A stretch of DNA of 34,320 nt from a virus, in the IMG/VR virus record IMGVR_UViG_2788500300_000002, positions 1-34,320 of that record; one strand, written 5' to 3'. Numbering within the stretch: the stretch's first letter is position 1; each line of letters opens with the position of its first letter. Of this stretch, positions 27,789 to 34,320 are shown one piece after another. The position numbers and the translations under genes were made by a program. The notes beneath the pieces are model-generated. The model saw only the letters and a list, made by a program, of their open reading frames with translations. It did not search any database and was not told the origin of the DNA.

Positions 27789-29480
27789 ATGAAGGCGGCA
27801 GGACCGCTTAATCTTCCTTCTGTGCGCGACGAGGGGCCCGTCTCCGTACGGCGCGATACAAATTCGCCCGAGGCCGCCGGGTATATGAGGGCAGCAGCAG
27901 CTCGTGAAGCCGGTTCCCGCGAGCTTGGACGCGGGATTCTGGTATTGGCCGCAGGGCTGGACAAGATGGCGGAGGACAGAGACAGGGCGAAGGCGCTCGC
28001 GGCTTATAACGATTACGTGAAGCGAAGCTCCGAGATGCTGTATAACGCAGATTCCGGCTTTATGAACGCCCAGGGCGCAGGGGCCGAGGGGCTGGCCTAC
28101 CGCGTCGGCGAGGCGCACAACGAGCTGCGCGGTGAGGTGGCCGAAGGGCTTTCTTCGCGTCAGAGGCGGCTTTTTATGGAGTCGGCTGCCTCTTACGATA
28201 GGGACGTGAACCGCTCCGCGATGCGGTACGAGGGGCGCGCCATGGCGGAGTACCGCAGGACCGAGGCGGCGAAGACGCTGGATAATATGGTGGCGGCTTT
28301 TGCGACTGCGCCTGACGGTATTTCACTTGAGACGCAGGAAGAGAGCATTTTCGCCGTAACTATGGCGCTTTTCGGCGACCAGGGCGAGGAGGCGAATTCA
28401 TCGAATGCAAGGAGCGTACGTTCCGACCTTATTTCAAAGACTGCGCTGCTGATGGCGGAGCGCGATCCGCTGCGCGCCGAGGCTTTCGTTCGCGAGAACG
28501 CCGGGCTTATGGACGAGTCGGCCGCCGAGAATGTACGGCTTAAGGTTGAGGCGGCGGCGCTTGAGGCGCATCTTCAGGAGGATACGCCTAAGCTCTTTGA
28601 GGAATACGGCTTTGACGGGCTCGAGAGTGCGCGCGCCTTTATACGTGATAACTACAGCGGTACTGAAGAGAATAAGCGCGTCGCCGCTGCTGAATCGTAT
28701 TGGCGCGAGCAATGGAGCGACAGGAAGTTCCGGGAGGAGCAGTACGCCGACGAGATTTTAGGTATGATGGACAGCGGCGCTTCTCTAAAAGCCGTGAACG
28801 ACGCTATCGATTCTTTCACGTGGTCGTCGAACGGGGCGCGGCGTGCGATGGAGCGCGAACGCGACGCTCATTTCCGCGTCGGGGATTATGCGCCGGGGCG
28901 CACGGGGTTCCGTATCGACTGGGACGCCGTTGCGGAAGTTGACGAGCTTCGCAATAGCGGGAAGATTCTCGACGTATGCCCGACGATGTCCGATTTCAGA
29001 GCGAAGTATGGGGATAAGGTTGGGAGCGAGGTGCTGAACGAGTTCAGGAAATATTATAACCGCCTGCGGCGCGGCGAGTCCGACGTTGAGGTAAAGATGG
29101 AAATAGGATATTCGTCCATCTTTAAGGATAAGCTGAAAAAGGCGGGTATCAAGGATATCTCCGAACAGGAACGCTGGAAAGCGATTTATCAGAGCCATTT
29201 CGAAGCGATGAAGAACGACAAAGACAAGAGTGGACCGATTACCCCGGAGATGGCTATAGAGCTTATGGATATGATACTTGCGCCGGAGGTGGTCGGAACG
29301 AGGCGGAACGTGGCGGGGCGCACCGCAGAGCGGCGCGTCAGGCGCGGTTATATTCCTCCTGAAGCTGAGCAAGTGGGCGGACGCTGGTATATCAAGGACG
29401 CCGACGGGCGGTATCACGAGCTGTTCTTCCCAGACGGGAGCGGCGTGGATATTGACGGCGGGGCGGAGGTTTCGCCTTAG
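27789..29480 (+). CDS. Internal virion (ejection) protein, gp15-like
   Basis: Helical Ala/Glu-rich 563-aa ORF between the gp14-like gene and the giant gene. Confidence 0.6.
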   Translation: MKAAGPLNLPSVRDEGPVSVRRDTNSPEAAGYMRAAAAREAGSRELGRGILVLAAGLDKMAEDRDRAKALAAYNDYVKRSSEMLYNADSGFMNAQGAGAEGLAYRVGEAHNELRGEVAEGLSSRQRRLFMESAASYDRDVNRSAMRYEGRAMAEYRRTEAAKTLDNMVAAFATAPDGISLETQEESIFAVTMALFGDQGEEANSSNARSVRSDLISKTALLMAERDPLRAEAFVRENAGLMDESAAENVRLKVEAAALEAHLQEDTPKLFEEYGFDGLESARAFIRDNYSGTEENKRVAAAESYWREQWSDRKFREEQYADEILGMMDSGASLKAVNDAIDSFTWSSNGARRAMERERDAHFRVGDYAPGRTGFRIDWDAVAEVDELRNSGKILDVCPTMSDFRAKYGDKVGSEVLNEFRKYYNRLRRGESDVEVKMEIGYSSIFKDKLKKAGIKDISEQERWKAIYQSHFEAMKNDKDKSGPITPEMAIELMDMILAPEVVGTRRNVAGRTAERRVRRGYIPPEAEQVGGRWYIKDADGRYHELFFPDGSGVDIDGGAEVSP

Positions 29481-29575
29481 GGATTTGACGGCATACCTAC
29501 GGGGACCGTTTCGGCTCCGAGGCCGGACGAGGCGGAGATTTGGAGAAGGTAGGGGCGCTGTGTGCAGCGCGCATG

Positions 29576-29602
29576 AAAAAAGAGAGGCTTGCGCCTCTCT
29601 TT
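29576..29602 (-). terminator. Intrinsic terminator closing the moron/ncRNA (possibly bidirectional)
   Basis: AAAGAGAGGC-TTGC-GCCTCTCTTT with a U run on the minus strand. Confidence 0.75.
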
Positions 29603-29712
29603 CCGTCTTGCTTAAGGGGGAATAAAACCAGGCGGGTTGACGATTCCGCATCTCCTAACCTCTTACGAGGGGCGACGGCTGCCCGTTCCGTCCTCAGGGT
29701 TTTATTCCTCCT
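29576..29712 (-). ncRNA. Putative structured ncRNA downstream of the PBECR nuclease
   Basis: Own promoter TTGACA(29747-29742)-17-TAAGAT(29724-29719); perfect 11-bp closing stem 29708-29698/29629-29619 enclosing three hairpins; terminator. Confidence 0.65.
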
Positions 29713-29714
29713 GG

Positions 29715-30119
29715 CTATATCTTATTGTCTTGCGCTTCCTCTGTCAACGGCGAATGCAGCGGCTTGAGTTTCCCGGCGGCGATGAAGTTGAGCGTCCTTT
29801 GGGTGCCGAGGACGTACATGGAGCGGACGAAGAGGACTCCTCCACGCGATACTCTGACTGCGACTTTCACGTATTCGGTGTCAACAAGATAGTTTTTGAC
29901 GTATTCTATTGAGCCGTCTTTGGGGTTAAGGCCTGCGTAATCGGGAGCGGCGATGATTTTTTCTATGTCAGCGCCGTATTTTTCAAAGTCTTGCGGATGT
30001 TTGTTTTTTATGTGCGCGATGTTGCCGGGGCTTATGTATATTTCGGAGTTTGCGGCATACGGCAGGGACAGAAGTTTTATAATTTCTTCCGAAATGATGC
30101 CTACTTTCTGCCTGTCCAT
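29715..30119 (-). CDS. Stand-alone BECR-fold (PBECR-type) RNase
   Basis: IAHIKNKHPQDFEKY...IEKIIAAPDY...SIEYVK...VKVAVR...FVRSMY; own TGCTATAAT at 30150-30142. Confidence 0.65.
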   Translation of the reverse strand: MDRQKVGIISEEIIKLLSLPYAANSEIYISPGNIAHIKNKHPQDFEKYGADIEKIIAAPDYAGLNPKDGSIEYVKNYLVDTEYVKVAVRVSRGGVLFVRSMYVLGTQRTLNFIAAGKLKPLHSPLTEEAQDNKI

Positions 30120-30173
30120 GTCTGATCACGCTCCACGCGGCATTATAGCATTATGTAAACGGCTTTGTGCTTA

Positions 30174-30431
30174 TTAGTCGTCTTCTATTAACTCGTGTTC
30201 TTGACCTTTGCCTGCGTTGAGCTGCTCAATGCCGCTGCGGAGGCGTTCCATTTGCTTTTCATGGCGCTCTCTGTCGCCTTTTATTTCGAAGGGGATTCTT
30301 CCTTCGCGGAGGACGGTCCTGACGAAGATGTTTATTGCGGCGGTCGGCGTGAGGCCGACTTCTTCGCAGAAATATTCAAATTGGCATTTTATTTCCGCGT
30401 CCATTCTTATGGACATTGTGACCAACGGCAT
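30174..30431 (-). CDS. RelB/DinJ-family antitoxin
   Basis: SIRMDAEIKCQFEYFCEEVGLTPTAAINIFVRTVLREGRIPFEI; AGGAG RBS; TGCTATAAT at 30462-30454. Confidence 0.85.
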   Translation of the reverse strand: MPLVTMSIRMDAEIKCQFEYFCEEVGLTPTAAINIFVRTVLREGRIPFEIKGDRERHEKQMERLRSGIEQLNAGKGQEHELIEDD

Positions 30432-30488
30432 TTGTATCACTCCTTTGTTTTGAATTATAGCATTAAGCGAATACGCAGTATTAAATCA

Positions 30489-30514
30489 GGCCGCTCTTGA
30501 TGGGCGGCTTTTTT
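30489..30514 (+). terminator. Hairpin + T run at the moron boundary
   Basis: GGCCGCTC-TTGAT-GGGCGGCT-TTTTT. Confidence 0.55.
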
Positions 30515-30531
30515 GTTGTCGGAGGTGCGTT

Positions 30532-33500
30532 ATGGGGATTTATGACGAGGTGAGGAGCAGGACAGGAAATTCCGGGATTATGGTCGGGCCTGCGCTTTCG
30601 GCGGACGAGGCTCACGCGCTGGGGCTCTCTTCGGTCAATCCGCTTGTGGATGAACTTGAGCGGAGTTATGAGCGTTACGTTACGGAGAATCCCGACGAGG
30701 CGGCGGCCCGCGCGTGGAACGCGGAGCGCGTGGGCGTGCCGCTCTGGGTGCAGGAGCGCAGCGACAAATATGCAAATGAAGCGAAAAAACGCCTTGCTCT
30801 GCTTGAAAAAGGCACGCCGGACTGGAAGAAGCTCGCCGACGCATCTCCGGTGACGGCTTCGTTTATGACCGGCGACGGTGTTATGGCTTCGGCTCACGAC
30901 GACGTGCAGGGGCTTGCAGACATAGAGGACGTAACGCACAGCCTTTCGTATCTGAGGCTGAATTATAAGGATAAGCTGGCCTATCTGCGAAACGAACGCA
31001 TTGTGCCGAGGTTGTCGGTCCCGACGCTGGACGTGAAGGACCGCCCAGGAATGCTAGCCTCTCTGCCGCTTTTGAATCCCAGGGCTATAGGCAGAGGCGG
31101 CTGGGACGGGCTTTCCGAAGAGGAATTGGTACGTCTGAGGGATAAGCCTGTTTCTCAGACTGTAGCTGAGGCGGTCCGTGCAATCGACAGCTGGGCTTCA
31201 GATACGTCTTTCGGTAAAGGTATCACCTCGGGCTATGAGATGAGCGCGATCGGGACCGAGGCGCATAACCTTTTCCTCGCAAATTCTCTCGGCAGGGGAA
31301 GCGAGGCTCAGTGGGTAGAGCTTGAGAAGCGCGTGCTGGCGCTCGACCGCGAGAAGCCGGAAGGATGGCTCTCCGGTATGCTTTATGAGACGGGAAAGTT
31401 CATAGGACAGCAGGCGCAGGGAGCGTGGACTTCTGGGCTTATGAGCGCTGCCGGCGCAGGGCTTGGGGCTTATGCCGGTTCGCTTGGAACCGCGGCTTTT
31501 GCCGGTTCTGTGCTGAATCCCGTAGGAGGGGCGGTTCTCGCCGGCGCGGCGGCGGGCTGGTGGCTCGGTACGAAGGCCGGAGTTTTTACCCAGGCCTCAA
31601 AGACAGAAATGGGGCTCGACCTTATAGAGCGGCGTATGATGCGCGGAGCCGACGGCGAATATATCTCGAATTTTGCAGCGGGGCTTGGAAGCTTGGCGGT
31701 CGGAGCAGTCAACGGCGCTCTTGAACTTACGGAGTGGACGGTCGCCGGTCGGCCTTTTACCGGCGTAGCGCGCCGCGTCGTTTCTCCTGCTGTGATGAAG
31801 TCAGTCTCGCAGAATATCGCCTCCAGGCTTTCGGCCCTGCCGAGTATGGGGAAGTACGGGCAGGCGGCACGTTACTGGGGAAGCAATGTATTTGCAGAGT
31901 CTATGACGGAGGTCTTTCAGGAGCTTGTGCCGATTACTGTCGACGAGATGCAGAAGCACGCGCTGCTCGACGGCTATAACGCGCGCAGGCTCGGCGATGT
32001 TACCGCGGAGCTGACGGATACTTTTATGTCCTCGCTTTATTCTTTCGCGCTTATTTCCGCGGTCGGCCCTGTCGCGGGGCTCGCCGCCGGGCGGTTCAAC
32101 GGCGAGCTGACGCGAAGAGAGTTCGAGGCTGCGCAGACGAAGCTGTTCAATATGAAGATGGACAACTTCAAGGAACGAATAGGCGCGTCGAAGGTCTTCA
32201 AGCGTTTTCCTTCCATGAGCCGCGAACACAGGGAGGCGGTGCTTGAAAACGCAGACCTGAGCCGGGCTTATATCGGAGCTGAAAAAGTTGAGACGCTTTT
32301 CCAGCAGGGGCTTCTTCCGAATTATGAGGACTATGGGAGCGCCGCAGACTGGGCGCAGGATTATCTCGGCGTTACCGAGGACGAATACAACGAGTCCATG
32401 CAGACCGGCTACGAGATGGAACTCGCGGCCGCTAAGCTGTTCGACGCGGTAGAATCGTCCGACGAAACGAAAGTAAACGAGATATACGACGCCATTGCTA
32501 GAGATATACGCTTTTCGCGCGGAGGCATGACGTTAGCCGAGGCTGAGGCTGCGGACAAAAGCATCTCTGAGATACGGCGCGAAGATTTCTTCAATATCGG
32601 CGCGAGGACGGACGAGGCCCGCGAGGAGGAAGCTTCCGCGCGGCGTGTCTACGAGGCGAGCCGTATGCAGATGGAGGCAAGCGGGATAGACGCGGAGACC
32701 GCTGCGGCGGATTCGTTTATTCGCAGCGCGGCCTATCGCAGGCTCGCGGGGATGTACAATTCCGCACTCGACGAAAAGACGAGGGGCAATAAGAAGCTGC
32801 TGGCCGAGGATATGGAGCGGATGTTCCCGCTCGTCATCGAGAAGGACGGCACGGGGAATGTTACGGGGCTGACGTTTCAGCAGACAGCGTGGCACGGTTC
32901 TCCGTTCCGCTTCGATAGGTTCAGCACGGAGAATATCGGCACGGGCGAGGGGGCGCAGGCTCACGGCTGGGGGCTGTATTTCGCCGGAGACAGGGAGGTC
33001 AGCGAAGGCTATCGCAAAAAGCTGCGGTCGGGACGGAGCCGCGGGCAGCTTTATAAAGTGGATATTCCCGAGAATGATGTTCTGCTAGACGAACAGAAAA
33101 ACTTCGCGGAGCAGCCGGAAACCGTCCGCAGCGCTTTGAAGGCTGTTTATGAGTCTTTTCCCGCCGAAAAACTGGCTCTCGTCCGCGATGAATTGAAGGC
33201 TCTGGTCAGACGGGACGCATCTCTCGAAGAAGAGGGAGACGCTCTGCGGAGAGAACGTCAGAAACTGCTCAGCAGGCGCAGCGCGCTGAATACCGTCAAC
33301 GCGGAAAGGCCGTCTGAAAACAGGGGACTTTTTGTCGAAAAAGGCAATACGGCGCGTTTTGACCGCGGAGTGAAGTATCTGCACGAGATGTATTACGAGG
33401 AACAGATTGCGCGGCTTGAAAGCGACGAGGCATATCTTGCTTCGGAGAAGGATGCCGTTACTGATGGGCTTGCCGAGGTTACGCGTAAGATGGAAGAGAA

Positions 33501-34320
33501 CGAACGGCGCATCGAGGAGAAGAGGGCAGAAAAGAAGGCCGCCATAGACGTCGCTTCGCTTGACGAGTTGCTTTCACGCATGGACGGGCGCATGCTGTAT
33601 AACGGCATCGTGATTATGACGGATTCGCCGAGGGCGGCGTCCGAAACGCTTAACGCACACGGCGTGAAAGGCGTAACTTATGAGGGCGAGCTGGATGGGC
33701 GTAGTTATGTCGTCTTCGACGATAATGACGTCGATGTCATGCAGACGTATTATCAGGCCGGCGCTTTGTTTGAAAGGGCAAAGGAAGCAATAAAACGTGT
33801 CATAGACGTAGCGTTTTCTGATAAAACAAAGCATCGCCTTGAAATTATCAGCGGCGTGCAGCAGTGGCTTTCCGATACGGTTCTTCAGTCACGCGGGCTT
33901 GATATTGCCGGTTACCGCCATTGTATTGATACGAGCAGCGTGCGGCATATTTTTAAGCAGCACGGCGATGAGAAGAGCGAGCGGTCGCGCGGTCAAATCC
34001 CCGTTACCGAAAATGATTTGTTAAAAATACCCGAGGTTATAGCTTCACCGGATTTTATCGTCCTTGGCACAAAGAACAGAATCGGCAACGAAGGTATTAT
34101 ATATGTCAAGAATATGCCCAACGGCAGTACGTTTTATGTGGAAGAGGTTCGCGGTAAAAATAAAAAACAGCTTGTAACGGATACTATGTGGATAAAGGCC
34201 GGCACGAGCGATGCAGATTCCATAAGGAACACCCCAACTCTCTACGCCCGAAGCGACACCGGCACTATAGATATTATAGCAAATCCAGCAAACAATGGAG
34301 GGGGAAATCCATATCTTCAG
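30532..34320 (+). CDS. Giant internal virion / polyvalent protein (partial, >1260 aa) with ART-like and PBECR domains
   Basis: GGAGGT RBS, ATG 30532, no stop found up to the window end (absent from ORF track). WHGSPFRFDRFSTENIGTGEGAQAHGWGLYFA (~32890) ... GVKGVTY..SYVVFDD; VRHIFKQHGDEKSERSRGQIPVTENDLLKIPEVIASPD (~33940). Confidence 0.85.
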   Translation, partial: MGIYDEVRSRTGNSGIMVGPALSADEAHALGLSSVNPLVDELERSYERYVTENPDEAAARAWNAERVGVPLWVQERSDKYANEAKKRLALLEKGTPDWKKLADASPVTASFMTGDGVMASAHDDVQGLADIEDVTHSLSYLRLNYKDKLAYLRNERIVPRLSVPTLDVKDRPGMLASLPLLNPRAIGRGGWDGLSEEELVRLRDKPVSQTVAEAVRAIDSWASDTSFGKGITSGYEMSAIGTEAHNLFLANSLGRGSEAQWVELEKRVLALDREKPEGWLSGMLYETGKFIGQQAQGAWTSGLMSAAGAGLGAYAGSLGTAAFAGSVLNPVGGAVLAGAAAGWWLGTKAGVFTQASKTEMGLDLIERRMMRGADGEYISNFAAGLGSLAVGAVNGALELTEWTVAGRPFTGVARRVVSPAVMKSVSQNIASRLSALPSMGKYGQAARYWGSNVFAESMTEVFQELVPITVDEMQKHALLDGYNARRLGDVTAELTDTFMSSLYSFALISAVGPVAGLAAGRFNGELTRREFEAAQTKLFNMKMDNFKERIGASKVFKRFPSMSREHREAVLENADLSRAYIGAEKVETLFQQGLLPNYEDYGSAADWAQDYLGVTEDEYNESMQTGYEMELAAAKLFDAVESSDETKVNEIYDAIARDIRFSRGGMTLAEAEAADKSISEIRREDFFNIGARTDEAREEEASARRVYEASRMQMEASGIDAETAAADSFIRSAAYRRLAGMYNSALDEKTRGNKKLLAEDMERMFPLVIEKDGTGNVTGLTFQQTAWHGSPFRFDRFSTENIGTGEGAQAHGWGLYFAGDREVSEGYRKKLRSGRSRGQLYKVDIPENDVLLDEQKNFAEQPETVRSALKAVYESFPAEKLALVRDELKALVRRDASLEEEGDALRRERQKLLSRRSALNTVNAERPSENRGLFVEKGNTARFDRGVKYLHEMYYEEQIARLESDEAYLASEKDAVTDGLAEVTRKMEENERRIEEKRAEKKAAIDVASLDELLSRMDGRMLYNGIVIMTDSPRAASETLNAHGVKGVTYEGELDGRSYVVFDDNDVDVMQTYYQAGALFERAKEAIKRVIDVAFSDKTKHRLEIISGVQQWLSDTVLQSRGLDIAGYRHCIDTSSVRHIFKQHGDEKSERSRGQIPVTENDLLKIPEVIASPDFIVLGTKNRIGNEGIIYVKNMPNGSTFYVEEVRGKNKKQLVTDTMWIKAGTSDADSIRNTPTLYARSDTGTIDIIANPANNGGGNPYLQ

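Larger units (their letters stand above)
1191..34320 (+). mobile_element. Temperate podovirus-like prophage integrated at tRNA-Val (continues past the right edge)
   Basis: att core, integrase, repressor switch, replication, packaging, capsid, tail-tube and internal virion genes in canonical order. Confidence 0.95.

Noticed and set aside
29478-29552. Amber read-through or recoding extending the gp15-like protein by 23 aa
   Set aside because: A short open frame after TAG is expected by chance at this GC content, and other genes use TAG as a normal stop
17022-29651. Long minus-strand ORFs (e.g. 17022-18194, 19265-20575, 21937-23550, 28785-29651)
   Set aside because: Antisense shadows of GC-rich structural genes with no recognisable motifs
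19250-34320. Diversity-generating retroelement, as in BPP-1-like phages
   Set aside because: No reverse transcriptase or TR/VR pair seen; tail fibre genes lie beyond the window

Overview
Left ~33 kb of a temperate podovirus-like prophage (BPP-1/T7-like head and tail-tube genes) integrated in a tRNA-Val(CAC) gene. The 49-bp tRNA 3' fragment (att core) is at 1191-1239, next to the host tRNA terminator and a damaged IS3-family element (1-1141). Gene order: tyrosine integrase; an AT-rich, oppositely transcribed cargo block (class III cyclase-like protein, GHKL/MORC-like ATPase, B12-type radical SAM protein) plus a membrane-anchored HNH-WYL protein; a cI/cro switch; a second switch with two RHH proteins; excisionase; primase-VapE helicase with an iteron-like origin; late activator; dinJ-yafQ; terminases; portal; scaffold; capsid; cement; tail tubes (tube B frameshifted by a 4-bp duplication); internal virion proteins; a moron (RelB-like protein, BECR/PBECR nuclease, structured ncRNA); and a >1260-aa polyvalent protein (ART-like + PBECR) that runs off the right edge. 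The best candidates for undescribed biology are (i) the cyclase-like/GHKL/radical-SAM cassette and (ii) a PBECR nuclease followed by a separately promoted, cloverleaf-like ncRNA, an arrangement possibly echoed antisense inside the polyvalent gene. All family assignments come from motif recognition by eye; no database searches were run.
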